A DNA stretch of 25,874 bases from an uncultured Caldisericum sp. Lineage in GTDB: Bacteria > Caldisericota > Caldisericia > Caldisericales > Caldisericaceae. The position numbers and the translations under genes were made by a program. Below are positions 7,720-16,598 of this stretch, piece after piece. The stretch lies in the NCBI GenBank assembly GCA_964546685.1, contig CAZJKI010000017.1, positions 1 through 25,874 of the forward strand. The letters are read 5' to 3'. The notes under the pieces were generated by a model. That model ran no database searches. It was not told where the DNA came from and saw only the letters and a program-made list of their open reading frames with translations. Numbering within the stretch: position 1 is the stretch's first letter; the number at the start of each line of letters is the position of its first letter.

Positions 7720-8223
7720 ATGAGAAAATTTAGTACTTTTCTTATTATTTTACTGGTCGTTTTAATTGCAAGCCTTCTGTTTGTAGTACAAAACGGCTCA
7801 AAAACAGTAGAATTAAATTTCCTCTGGTGGGTAATTCCTGATGTCTCTGTAGGACTTTCTGCAATTTTAGTCTTCCTCGCCGGGATTGTTTCAATGTGGC
7901 TTATTTCGCTAATGCTCTATATCGGAAGTACAGCAAGATATAGAAGAGAAATAAAAGAAAGAGATACTATTATTAAGACACTGGAACAAGAGAAAAGCTC
8001 AATAAAAGGCGATCAAGAAGCAAAGATAAAAGAGTACGAAAATAAGGTTAGAGATTTGGAAATAAAGGTCAAGGATTTTGAGGAAAAACTTAAAACTGCC
8101 GGAGCCACAGTAGAAACAGCAAAAAAGGAGGCTCAAGTAAAGGAATCTCACGAGGAAGCTAAACCAGAACAAACATCAGAAGAGGAGCCAAAAAGAAAAG
8201 GATTCTTCAGAAGAAGCAAATAA
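7720..8223 (+). CDS. LapA-domain (DUF1049/YciS-like) membrane protein with charged coiled-coil C-terminus
   Basis: 167 aa. N-terminal TM, then ..VQNGSKTVELNFLWWVIPDVSVGL..LVFLAGIVS.., the LapA/DUF1049 signature, then a KE-rich tail. The start lies 1 nt after the upstream stop (TAAgATG). Confidence 0.6.
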   Translation: MRKFSTFLIILLVVLIASLLFVVQNGSKTVELNFLWWVIPDVSVGLSAILVFLAGIVSMWLISLMLYIGSTARYRREIKERDTIIKTLEQEKSSIKGDQEAKIKEYENKVRDLEIKVKDFEEKLKTAGATVETAKKEAQVKESHEEAKPEQTSEEEPKRKGFFRRSK

Positions 8224-8228
8224 GATAA

Positions 8229-8271
8229 GCCGAGGCTGATACAGCGGCTTTAAAACATGGTGCCTGGCACC
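8229..8271. terminator. Weak convergent terminator hairpins between the LapA-like (+) and deoxynucleoside kinase (-) genes
   Basis: AGCCG-n12-CGGCT followed by TTTAAAA (+ strand), and GGTGCctgGCACC (8259-8271) followed on the minus strand by AUGUUUUAAAG. Short stems and short U-tracts. Confidence 0.3.
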
Positions 8272-8284
8272 GCCTGATAATTTA

Positions 8285-8881
8285 TCAGTACTCTGACTGG
8301 TATAATGCTTTCTTAATCTTCTCGATTATGTCACCTTTACATTCATATATGTCATCACATACTTTCACTTTTGGAAAATGCCAGTTTGCATAAAAATCCT
8401 TATACCGTTTATCAAGGCTCTCAAGATATTCTGCGGGAATTCGTTCAAAATCCCTTCCTCTCTTTCCGATATTACGTAAAAGCTCATCGACGCTCTTCTC
8501 AAGGTAGACAAGCAAGTTTGGCTGCGGCAAGTGAAAAACCATAAGATTGTAAAGTTTATCATAAACAGCCCATTCATCATCAGTCATAAGACCTTCTTCA
8601 TGAAGCGATCTTGCAAAAACTTCTCTGTCCTCATAGATTGATCTATCAAGCACCACAGGAATGTTTGAAACAAGCACATGATGAATAATCTGCTCATAAC
8701 GGAGAGCAAGAAAGTTAATCTGAGTGGCAAAAGCCCACCTTTTCATGTCCTTGTAGTACTCTTTGAGGAAAAGGTTCGCATGAAAATCCTCAAAATAGAC
8801 GCTAAAGCCAAGTTCTTGAGAAATAATCTGCGCAAGGGAGGTTTTGCCTGCCCCGATATTCCCCGATACCACGATGTACAT
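8285..8881 (-). CDS. Deoxynucleoside kinase (dAK/dGK/dCK family)
   Basis: 198 aa. P-loop VSGNIGAGKTSL, ..FEDF.. (ERS-like/substrate region), ..LDRS.. and the Arg-rich lid KRGRDFER, typical of bacterial deoxyadenosine/deoxyguanosine kinases. Its start overlaps the ACAD stop (TAATG). Confidence 0.85.
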   Translation of the reverse strand: MYIVVSGNIGAGKTSLAQIISQELGFSVYFEDFHANLFLKEYYKDMKRWAFATQINFLALRYEQIIHHVLVSNIPVVLDRSIYEDREVFARSLHEEGLMTDDEWAVYDKLYNLMVFHLPQPNLLVYLEKSVDELLRNIGKRGRDFERIPAEYLESLDKRYKDFYANWHFPKVKVCDDIYECKGDIIEKIKKALYQSEY

Positions 8882-10014
8882 TACTTCACCTCTTTCAATA
8901 TATGATTTGAAATGACAAGTTTTTGAATTTCATTGGTGCCTTCTATGATTTCATACATCTTTGCCTCTTTATAAAGCCTCGCAACAAGATAATCCTCAAT
9001 CCAGCCGTACCCGCCAAAGATCTGCACTGCAAGCCTTGATACATCTACTGCCGTTTTTGACGCATAATACTTGGCCATCGATGCGTAAAACGAGAAATCT
9101 TTATCATTGTTATCCTTCTTTACTGCAGCATTCATCACAAGGAGTTTTGAGGCTTCTATCTCAGTTGCCATATCGGCAATATATGACTGTATCATTTCAA
9201 ATGAACTTATAGGTTTATCAAATTGAACTCTTGTCTTGCTATATCTAACAGCTTCTTCAAATGCCCTCTCAGATAATCCCACGGCACCCACTCCCGTGGT
9301 AACTCTTCCTATATCAAGAGTCTTCATTGCAATGATGAATCCTGTCCCTTCCCTTCCCATAAGCTTGTTGTCAGGAATCTTTACATTGTTGAGAAAAAGC
9401 GAAGCATTTGGGAGACCAGGAAGTGCCATCTTATTCTCCTGACGCCCTACCGAAAAGCCTTCCACATCTCGCTCAACTATAAATGCAGAAATACCCCTTG
9501 CTCCTCTATCCTTATCTGTTTTTGCCATTATCACATAAATATCTGAAAGCCCTGCATTCGTTGTAAAAGCCTTTGTGCCATTGAGGATGTAATAATCACT
9601 TTCTTTTTTTGCTTTTGTTTCAATTGAAGAAGGGTCAGAACCTGCATTAGGCTCGGTCAACGCAAACGAACCAATCGTTTCTCCTTTTATAAGTCTCCCG
9701 AGGTATTTTTCTTTCTGCTCTTCTGTCCCTCCAATGAGTATGGAAAAAGCAGATAATACCTGAGCACCTATAACCCCTGTGATCGTTCCACTGCATTTAG
9801 CAATAAGTCTTGAAACTTCAATAAAAAGTTTAAAGGAAAGCCCAAGTCCACCGTATTCCTTTGGAAATGGAATTGCTATAAAACCATGGTAACCAAGCTC
9901 TTTGAGTATTTCTTTAACAAAAAGCCCTTCAACTTCAATTTCTTTCTCCCGGGGTTGAATATACTTATCTATGAATTCAACGATTCCCGATATTACTTCC
10001 TTCTCTAAATCCAT
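8881..10014 (-). CDS. Acyl-CoA dehydrogenase (short/medium-chain type)
   Basis: 377 aa. ACAD N, middle and C domains; FALTEPNAGSD; C-terminal catalytic region ..YEIIEGTNEIQKLVI... AAGGGG SD. Confidence 0.9.
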   Translation of the reverse strand: MDLEKEVISGIVEFIDKYIQPREKEIEVEGLFVKEILKELGYHGFIAIPFPKEYGGLGLSFKLFIEVSRLIAKCSGTITGVIGAQVLSAFSILIGGTEEQKEKYLGRLIKGETIGSFALTEPNAGSDPSSIETKAKKESDYYILNGTKAFTTNAGLSDIYVIMAKTDKDRGARGISAFIVERDVEGFSVGRQENKMALPGLPNASLFLNNVKIPDNKLMGREGTGFIIAMKTLDIGRVTTGVGAVGLSERAFEEAVRYSKTRVQFDKPISSFEMIQSYIADMATEIEASKLLVMNAAVKKDNNDKDFSFYASMAKYYASKTAVDVSRLAVQIFGGYGWIEDYLVARLYKEAKMYEIIEGTNEIQKLVISNHILKEVK

Positions 10015-10208
10015 TTTACCCCTTTTGAAAAAGTATTTTCCTCATTATATTTAAAAACAAAAAAATTTTAAATAGAACGCAAGTCAGTGCAATGACGACA
10101 TTCAGAAATTGCTACAGGTTTTTTAAAACCACTTGCAACACAAGGAAAAAAGTGTGTAGTGACAAAAAAGTACCTCTCATTTTTATTTTAGTCTTTTTTT
10201 TGTTAATT

Positions 10209-10240
10209 TTGCAAAATGAAAAAAATATTTATGCTATAAT
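10209..10240 (+). promoter_or_regulatory. Putative sigma-70-type promoter for the tandem-GNAT gene (TTGCAA ... TGcTATAAT)
   Basis: Extended -10 TGCTATAAT at ~10232-10240. TTGCAA at ~10209-10214 gives a long 20-nt spacer, so the -35 assignment is uncertain. Confidence 0.3.
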
Positions 10241-10295
10241 AGCTGTGATTTGATTAATATCCAAAATTTTTCATTTAAGGAGATTTGTAACTATT

Positions 10296-11381
10296 GTGTA
10301 CTACAAAGAATATGAAATATTAAACTATAGTCCCAAGTTTTTTGTAGAGGTCGTTGATATACAAAAATATCTATGGCCTGCTTATACAGATAATACTGCA
10401 GGATACCTAAAATGGAAATTTGAAGATAACCCTTTTAACAAGAAATTCCTGGGCATTGTTGCGCTTTATAGAGGTGAAGTTGTGGGATTTATCGGTCTTT
10501 TCGTTACACGATGGAGAATTGGAAATAAAAAAGACTGTATATTAATGCTGTCTCCATCAGACATATGTGTTCATCCAGACCATCGAAAAAAGGGGCTATT
10601 CTCAGCAATGACAGCGTTTACCGTAGGAGAATTTGAAAATACAGCATATAAAGCATTTATAGGACTAAGCATAAATACATCTTCAGGCATTGTCTACCAA
10701 AAAATGGGTTGGCCAAAAATTGCTGATAGAACCAGCGCAAGACAGTACAGTATAACAGGGTTAATAAATTGGGCTTTAACAAAGAAAACGGGAAAAAGTT
10801 TACTAAAAAATAAGATCAACTACGGGATATTTGGAAATATCGAGGTTTCAAATAAACCCAGACCGGAAGATATGTATTCTGTTATAGTGAAACAAAAAAC
10901 TCCTGATGACAAAATTGTACTTTGTAAGGATATAGATTTTTTAAAATGGAGATTCCTAAACATTAGACGAAAATACTTTTTTTATTATCATTGGAAAAAT
11001 GGTTCTATAGACGGTTACGTTGTAATAGAAACAGTCGACAACAGCACAAGTGGACATGTTTTAGATTATGCAGAAACAGAAAACGGGATTATTCACGAAC
11101 TTTTACAGTACATCATAAGAAAAAGGCATTTTGATATACTGTCGGCATGGAACTTTAATTTAAGGGAAGAATTTTACCAAACATTAGAAAGTCTTGGTTT
11201 TAGCGCAACAAACTTACTTGTAAGGATGGAAAAAAAATTCCCAAGCGAGTTTCCTATGCTCCCTGTATTCGTAAAGCCAGCCAAAAAAACATGCAAAGAA
11301 GAAGATTGGTTCATTGAAGGCATCGATATCAGGGATATTAAAAATTGGGAAATTAATAGAATCTGCTCTGATATTACCTGA
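10296..11381 (+). CDS. Tandem-GNAT-fold acyltransferase-like protein (FemAB/MprF-C-terminal-like architecture; function unknown)
   Basis: 361 aa. GTG start 12 nt after AAGGAGA. The first half has a GNAT core (..GEVVGFIGLF...VHPDHRKKGLFSAM..). The second half repeats a degenerate GNAT-like fold. The overall size matches dual-GNAT aminoacyl or acyl transferases. Confidence 0.5.
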   Translation: MYYKEYEILNYSPKFFVEVVDIQKYLWPAYTDNTAGYLKWKFEDNPFNKKFLGIVALYRGEVVGFIGLFVTRWRIGNKKDCILMLSPSDICVHPDHRKKGLFSAMTAFTVGEFENTAYKAFIGLSINTSSGIVYQKMGWPKIADRTSARQYSITGLINWALTKKTGKSLLKNKINYGIFGNIEVSNKPRPEDMYSVIVKQKTPDDKIVLCKDIDFLKWRFLNIRRKYFFYYHWKNGSIDGYVVIETVDNSTSGHVLDYAETENGIIHELLQYIIRKRHFDILSAWNFNLREEFYQTLESLGFSATNLLVRMEKKFPSEFPMLPVFVKPAKKTCKEEDWFIEGIDIRDIKNWEINRICSDIT

Positions 11382-11385
11382 GCAA

Positions 11386-11400
11386 AAAGCTGTTAGCTTT
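11386..11400 (+). terminator. Weak intrinsic terminator candidate after the tandem-GNAT gene
   Basis: AAAGCT-gtt-AGCTTT hairpin (6-bp AT-rich stem) followed by TTAATATTT, 5 nt after the TGA stop. Confidence 0.25.
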
Positions 11401-11505
11401 TAATATTTGTAGGTTAAACTAACCCGTCTCTATCTTCAGGGTACATATCCATATGTATTTGTTACCTCCGTTTCCTACTGTGCCAGCATGATTGGAAATG
11501 ATTGT

Positions 11506-12630
11506 CTATTCAAGGGACTTTCGTGCAATATCCAGTGATGCATTAGGTTTTGCTAACTTAATAATATTTTCACGCAAAATCTTGTCATGTCCTTCAAAAA
11601 GCACCTTGTTTACAAACTCGGGAAGTTCTTCTTTGTTTTTTGCAACAATAGCGGCACTGTGAGAATTTAAAAAATTTGCATTGATCCTTTCCTGACCAGG
11701 AAGAGGCCTGTAAATAACAAGAGGAAGCCCGCATAATGCTGCCTCTGCAATGGTTACTCCCCCCGCTTTTGATATGAGCATATTTACTGCTTTCATATAA
11801 AGCCATACATCCTCAGTCCATGGAATATATAATATTCTGTTCGCTTTGACCTTTTCACCTTTCACTCGAGAAAGCTCTCTAAGAGTTTTTTCATTCTTAC
11901 CTGCGAGAAATACAATTGTAATTTTTTCCTTGAAACTTACATCAACAATAGTTTCTGCTACCTCTACAATACCGCTAAGTCCAAGCCCTCCAGCCATCAC
12001 AAGGACAATCTTTTCGTCATTATTAAACCCAAGAAGTTTTCGTGCCTCGTAAATATCAACATTCTTTAAAAAATTCAAAGAGACAGGGACTCCTAAAGGC
12101 AATATAAGAGGAACGTTTCTTCGGTATTTATTTTTATAATTTTCTAAAAGGTGTTCGTTGGGCACAGTATGAAAGTTAACACCCTGAGCAAGAAAAAGAT
12201 TAAGAATATGAAAATCGGTAAGTACATTAATAAGGCGCAAGTTCGGAGCGTCTTTTCTTTTTATCATAGAAAACCCTATTGTCGTAAGAGGATGAGTCGA
12301 AATAACAATATCAGGAGAAACTCTTTCAAACATACTTTTAAAAAATGGGTATCCTGTAAGTGAAATAAATCTTGCAAGCCCCTGCGCCTCTTTGATATCC
12401 ATATGAAGGGTAAACTTATATGCAAGATCGTATGCCTCAGGTATGTATTTTATAATTTGAAGATAAGTATCTTTTATAATCAGGCGAAGCGCTCGTGGAG
12501 TATTAGAAATAAAATCCTCAGTAATAGTATCGACTCCAATGCTTTTAAATGCCTCTTCAAGAGCTTTACATGCCTTTTCATGCCCCGCCCCAATACTTGC
12601 ATAAACAAGAAGTACCTTTTTGTTCCCCAT
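11506..12630 (-). CDS. Glycolipid synthase, MGDG-synthase/UgtP-like (GT28 family diacylglycerol glycosyltransferase)
   Basis: 374 aa. N-terminal ..LLVYASIGAGHEKA.. (MGDG_synth motif); C-terminal GT-B nucleotide-sugar region (..ISKAGGVTIAEAALCGLPLVIYRPLPGQE..N..). AAGGAG SD. Confidence 0.8.
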   Translation of the reverse strand: MGNKKVLLVYASIGAGHEKACKALEEAFKSIGVDTITEDFISNTPRALRLIIKDTYLQIIKYIPEAYDLAYKFTLHMDIKEAQGLARFISLTGYPFFKSMFERVSPDIVISTHPLTTIGFSMIKRKDAPNLRLINVLTDFHILNLFLAQGVNFHTVPNEHLLENYKNKYRRNVPLILPLGVPVSLNFLKNVDIYEARKLLGFNNDEKIVLVMAGGLGLSGIVEVAETIVDVSFKEKITIVFLAGKNEKTLRELSRVKGEKVKANRILYIPWTEDVWLYMKAVNMLISKAGGVTIAEAALCGLPLVIYRPLPGQERINANFLNSHSAAIVAKNKEELPEFVNKVLFEGHDKILRENIIKLAKPNASLDIARKSLE

Positions 12631-12754
12631 ATAACTCCTTATATTTTAATAATTTCGTTAAAAAATGTCTGATTTTTCTTTTAAAAAACTTATCACTTTT
12701 AAAAAAGTTCCATTTCTATTATATTTAATAAGACAAATTATTGAAGAGGATAGA

Positions 12755-14419
12755 ATGCTAATAGTTTCAGGAGTAAATTATATAAACCAGGGTAAAAAAC
12801 TGCTCGACAGAGTCTCGTTTACCCTCAACAAAGAAAGAAAGGTAATTATAGGAGAAAACGGCTGTGGCAAAACTACACTCCTTGAGATTATTATTGGAAA
12901 TTTGTCAGAGGATTCTGGGGAAATTAGCATTAGTGGAAAAGTTGCCTACGTACCCCAGGAAATAAAGGATATAAATCTTACGGCTCTCGAGGAAATTGAA
13001 AGTGCATTTTCAGATTTAAAGGAGATTGAAAAAACTCTTGAACAGTTTGAAAAGACAGAAAATTCAACAGAAGAATACAGCAAACTCTTAGAACAATACA
13101 GTGAAAAAGGAGGGTATTCATACAAGCAGAAAATTTACGAAATGCTTAATGAATTTGGACTCAATAAAGAAACCATGGAAAGGAGAATGTTTGAGCTAAG
13201 CGGAGGAGAAAGAACAAAATGTGAACTCATTAAGGCAATTTTATCAGAACCAGATATACTTATCATCGATGAGCCTACAAACCATCTTGATATAGAGACA
13301 ATAGAGGTCCTTGAAGAAATGCTTGTAAAATTCAAGGGTGGAGTTCTTATAGTTTCCCATGATAGAGTTTTTATAAATAAATTTGCAACTCATATCCTGC
13401 ATCTTGAAGATGGGCACATAAAGGAATACCCGGGGAATTATGATAAGTTTGTACAGTTAAAAGAAGAGTTCGACGATAAAATAAAAAAAGAAAGAGAACG
13501 GCTTCTAAAATATGTGGAGAAAGAAAAAAAGTTCATTGAAAAATTTAGATATGGAACAAGAAGCACACAGGCAAAAAGTAGAGAAAAGGCTATTGAAAAA
13601 ATTGAAATTCCAGAGGTTCGTAAAAAGCACAAGAAAGTTTTAAAAATTGAAAGTAAGGCAAGAGGTGGAGAGATTGTGCTCGAACTGAAGAATATAAAAA
13701 AGGGGTTTAATGGAAAAGAAGTTCTCAAAGATCTTGAACTGTTTATCCAAAGAGGAGAGAGAGTGGGTATTGTCGGGAGAAACGGCTCTGGAAAAACAAC
13801 TCTTTTAAAGATTATTGCAGGCATTGACGATGATTTCAAAGGAAATCTAAGAGTAGGAAACAGTATTGAAATAGGGTATTTCCCACAGGATTCATTTGTG
13901 ATGAATGAAAACTCTACTCCTATTAACGAGATGCTGAACGAGGGATTGACTGTCCAGGAAGCAAGAGACTTACTTGCGATATTTGACATTACAGGTGACG
14001 AAGTATTCAAAAAAATTTCCGAATTTAGCGGCGGGGAAAGAAGAAAACTACTTCTTGCAAAGATCAGTCTCATAAAGGGCAATTTCCTTGTTATGGACGA
14101 GCCTACCAATCACCTTGATATCGAAACAAACGAAATTGCAACAAATGCGTTGAAAGAATTTGACGGAACGATCCTTATTGTGACGCATGACAGATTTCTA
14201 CTGAAAGAACTTACTAATAAAGTTTACTACCTTGAAGACGGGGTTTTAAGAGATAAAGTTAAAGAATTACCAAAAATAAAAGATAACAACACTGAAAGGG
14301 AAAGAAATAAACTTATTGCAAGGATTGAATATCTCGAGAAACTGCTTTTAAAAGAAGAAAACGAAAAAAAATTAAAAGAATTGAAGCTCCTTAAGAAGAA
14401 ATTGCAGGAATTAAACTAA
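12755..14419 (+). CDS. ABC-F family ATPase (Uup/EttA-like ribosome-associated, two ABC domains, C-terminal coiled coil)
   Basis: Two Walker A motifs (GENGCGKTTLLE and GRNGSGKTTLLK), two LSGGE signatures, inter-domain linker, no TMs, KE-rich coiled-coil tail. The track ORF starts at 12665, but the ATG at 12755 is preceded by AAGAGGATAGA-ATG, so I place the start there; the extra 30 codons upstream are unlikely to be translated. Confidence 0.88.
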   Translation: MLIVSGVNYINQGKKLLDRVSFTLNKERKVIIGENGCGKTTLLEIIIGNLSEDSGEISISGKVAYVPQEIKDINLTALEEIESAFSDLKEIEKTLEQFEKTENSTEEYSKLLEQYSEKGGYSYKQKIYEMLNEFGLNKETMERRMFELSGGERTKCELIKAILSEPDILIIDEPTNHLDIETIEVLEEMLVKFKGGVLIVSHDRVFINKFATHILHLEDGHIKEYPGNYDKFVQLKEEFDDKIKKERERLLKYVEKEKKFIEKFRYGTRSTQAKSREKAIEKIEIPEVRKKHKKVLKIESKARGGEIVLELKNIKKGFNGKEVLKDLELFIQRGERVGIVGRNGSGKTTLLKIIAGIDDDFKGNLRVGNSIEIGYFPQDSFVMNENSTPINEMLNEGLTVQEARDLLAIFDITGDEVFKKISEFSGGERRKLLLAKISLIKGNFLVMDEPTNHLDIETNEIATNALKEFDGTILIVTHDRFLLKELTNKVYYLEDGVLRDKVKELPKIKDNNTERERNKLIARIEYLEKLLLKEENEKKLKELKLLKKKLQELN

Positions 14420-14640
14420 ATTAAAATTCATTTCGACTTACAGTTTGTAGCCTTAAAACGCTAATTTAAAAAGATCTGTCAGTCTTATAATTAATACAGC
14501 ATAAAATTTGAACATTTTGTAGAGTAATCGTGAATATCAACAAGATTAAGTATAATAAAATTATGATAATTATCTTATTTTTCCCTTTTTGAATACAATA
14601 TAAAAAGAGCAACTTAATATAAGATGGGAAGGAGGAAAAT

Positions 14641-15405
14641 ATGAATAATATGTTATTATTAATTCCATTAAGTTTAATTATCATTATTATCTTTGCACTA
14701 AGCATCAGGATTGTGCAACAGTGGCAAAGGGGTGTTGTCTTTTTCCTGGGCAAGTATCGTAGAGAGCTTAACCCGGGTTTTAACCTAATAATCCCTATTT
14801 TTGAATATGTCAGGTATGTAGATGTGCGCATTCGCACGATGGACGTAATTCCTCAAGAAGTTATGACTAAGGATTCTGTTCCAGTTACAATAGATGCTGT
14901 AGTCTACTATAAGATATTTGATGCTGCAAAATCGGTTATAGCTGTCGAAAACTTTGCCTTGGCATCTACTCTTCTTGCACAATCCAAATTAAGAGATGTT
15001 GTAGGCAAGTACGACCTTGATACACTCTTAGCAAGTAAAGATAAAATGGGCTTGGAGATATTGAATATTCTACAAGCACCAACTGATGCATGGGGAATTA
15101 CAATTGTAAGTGTTGAGATTAAAAACATTGAGATACCGGATAATATGAAGAGAGCAATGGCAAAAGAAGCCGAAGCAATAAGAGAAAAACGTTCTCGTTT
15201 GGTTAAAGCATCAGCAGAAGAAGATGCAAGCGTAGCATTTCTAAAAGCAGCAAAGAACATGTCAGAACTGCCAGAAGCAATACTTCTAAGACAATTACAA
15301 ACGTGGCAAGAGATAGGTGCAGAGCAAAATAGTTTAATTATTCTTGTCCCAACTGAATTTGCTAATGTTATAGGAAAATTACAGGGTAAAAAAATGGAAA
15401 AGTAA
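14641..15405 (+). CDS. SPFH/band-7 (stomatin-like) membrane protein
   Basis: 254 aa. N-terminal TM, then ..IVQQWQRGVVFFLGKY....PGFNLIIPIF..V..VD.R....D..PQEV.TKD.V.V.IDAV.YYKI.D.., the stomatin/PHB signature. GGAAGGAGG SD. Confidence 0.9.
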   Translation: MNNMLLLIPLSLIIIIIFALSIRIVQQWQRGVVFFLGKYRRELNPGFNLIIPIFEYVRYVDVRIRTMDVIPQEVMTKDSVPVTIDAVVYYKIFDAAKSVIAVENFALASTLLAQSKLRDVVGKYDLDTLLASKDKMGLEILNILQAPTDAWGITIVSVEIKNIEIPDNMKRAMAKEAEAIREKRSRLVKASAEEDASVAFLKAAKNMSELPEAILLRQLQTWQEIGAEQNSLIILVPTEFANVIGKLQGKKMEK

Positions 15406-15470
15406 AAACATCCCGCGATACAAATTAAGAGGTATTGTATAAATTTGGTGCTAAGCAACATTTTGGTATT

Positions 15471-16598
15471 TTACATTGGCTGTTTTCTTCCATAAACCTC
15501 TTTCCCTTTTATAAATACATTCTGTACCTGTGATTTCGTCTCCCATGGCTCTCCATCAAAAAGGACAAGGTCAACTTTACTTCCTTCTTTTATGTTTCCA
15601 AAATCTTCCATTCCAAGAATCTTTGCAGGAATTGAAGTAATTGTTGCAAGGGCTTTCTCCTCGCTTAGACCTTCTCTTATAAGCAGACCTATCTGAAGCC
15701 TTAAAAATTCTGCAGGGAAAGGAGGGTGCCCCGAAATTATGGCTGTTTCAATGCCATTTTCAATAAGCTTAACTGGCACCGCCGGCGAAAGGTGTCTCAT
15801 CTCCGTTGATTCCCTGGCAAGAATAAGAGGACCAAATGCAACTGAAACTTTCCTTTCTTTTATCTCATTCATCAGGAGATCACTTTCAAAACCATGGGTT
15901 ATCACAGGATCAAGTCTAAACTCGTCTGAAATTCTCAAGCCTGTCATAATATCATCTGCACGAAAAGAAGATAAAAATGCTTTATCCTTTCGATCAAGGA
16001 GAGAAAGAAGTGACTCTTCAAAAAGTGAAAACTTTTTCCTGGTCTTTTTATACTCTCTTGTTTTTGATAATGCTTCTCTTATAAGGTACGCGTTCCCCAT
16101 TCTTGTCATAGGCATCTTTTTCTGTCCCGCATAAACAGCTTTGGGCTCATTGCTTAAGGAAAAACGCGTGCCAAAAGGAGACTTGATGAGCATATCGAGA
16201 ATGTTGTCTCCAAAATTGAATATCACCGACCCTCTACCGCCAATGCTATTTGATATTCCCGGAAGGACTAAACTCTTTGTAACTCCACCTCTTAAAGCCT
16301 TTGAGAAAGCTTCATCGTATGGATTTATACCATCTAAGGCAACAAGTTCTGGTGTCTGAGGATTAGTCGCTTCATCCAGGTCGTTTCCTTCAACCTTCCC
16401 AAGGGATTCCTCTTTTAAGCCGATGCCTGAAGCAAGGTCAATGAAGCCAGGTGTTACAAATTTTGCCCTGAAAGTTTCCTTCCCCTTTTCTTTTACGTCA
16501 TCCCCAATATGATGGATACCTTTCTCGTCAAAAAGGATAACTCTGCTTTCAAAGATTTTTTCGCCGTCAAATAATTTATCCGCAAAGATTTTATACAT
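15471..16598 (-). CDS. Amidohydrolase-superfamily paralogue with degenerate metal-binding and catalytic residues (probable pseudoenzyme)
   Basis: Collinear with the upstream amidohydrolase, but HxH becomes ..IDLASGIG.., the beta5 His is lost (..SSFRADD..) and the terminal Asp becomes Gly (..ISGHPP..). The start is set at the internal ATG (MYKIF...) at 16598, which has a perfect AGGAGG 5 nt upstream; the longer track ORF (to 16628) has no RBS. It overlaps the upstream gene by 8 nt. Confidence 0.75.
   Translation of the reverse strand: MYKIFADKLFDGEKIFESRVILFDEKGIHHIGDDVKEKGKETFRAKFVTPGFIDLASGIGLKEESLGKVEGNDLDEATNPQTPELVALDGINPYDEAFSKALRGGVTKSLVLPGISNSIGGRGSVIFNFGDNILDMLIKSPFGTRFSLSNEPKAVYAGQKKMPMTRMGNAYLIREALSKTREYKKTRKKFSLFEESLLSLLDRKDKAFLSSFRADDIMTGLRISDEFRLDPVITHGFESDLLMNEIKERKVSVAFGPLILARESTEMRHLSPAVPVKLIENGIETAIISGHPPFPAEFLRLQIGLLIREGLSEEKALATITSIPAKILGMEDFGNIKEGSKVDLVLFDGEPWETKSQVQNVFIKGKEVYGRKQPM

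Noticed and set aside
8266-8280. CTGATAATTTATCAG palindrome resembling a shortened Fur box (TGATAA-T-TTATCA)
   Set aside because: It is located between two convergent 3' ends, where only terminators are expected. The spacing differs from the 7-1-7 Fur consensus, and no fur gene is present while a DtxR-family regulator is. It is more likely part of the terminator hairpin region.
10015-10295. Possible tRNA/ncRNA in the 281-bp gap between the ACAD and tandem-GNAT genes
   Set aside because: I found no T-loop (GTTCRANYC) or acceptor-stem pairing and no conserved riboswitch core. The region is AT-rich with a recognisable extended -10, which is consistent with plain divergent promoters.
11535-11553. 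TTAGGTTTTGCTAACTTAA, a 15/19 match to the canonical DtxR/IdeR box with the correct 5-9-5 geometry
   Set aside because: It lies inside the 3' coding end of the minus-strand glycosyltransferase gene, not in a promoter. A rough binomial estimate for an AT-rich 19-mer at >=15/19 over about 50 kb of two-strand sequence gives on the order of one chance hit, so it is not significant without conservation evidence.
12665-12754. N-terminal 30-codon extension of the ABC-F ORF given by the track
   Set aside because: There is no RBS at 12665, the extension is hydrophobic/basic and unlike ABC-F N-termini, and the ATG at 12755 has a well-placed GAGGA. The region is instead the divergent promoter space shared with the glycosyltransferase gene.
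13438-14109. 223-aa minus-strand ORF
   Set aside because: It is entirely antisense to the ABC-F gene, which has unmistakable Walker/signature motifs. It is low-complexity (S/F/L-rich) with no RBS.
14907-15461. 184-aa minus-strand ORF and the 123-aa ORF at 14466-14837
   Set aside because: They overlap the strongly supported SPFH gene and its promoter region on the opposite strand, and have no RBS or recognisable domain.
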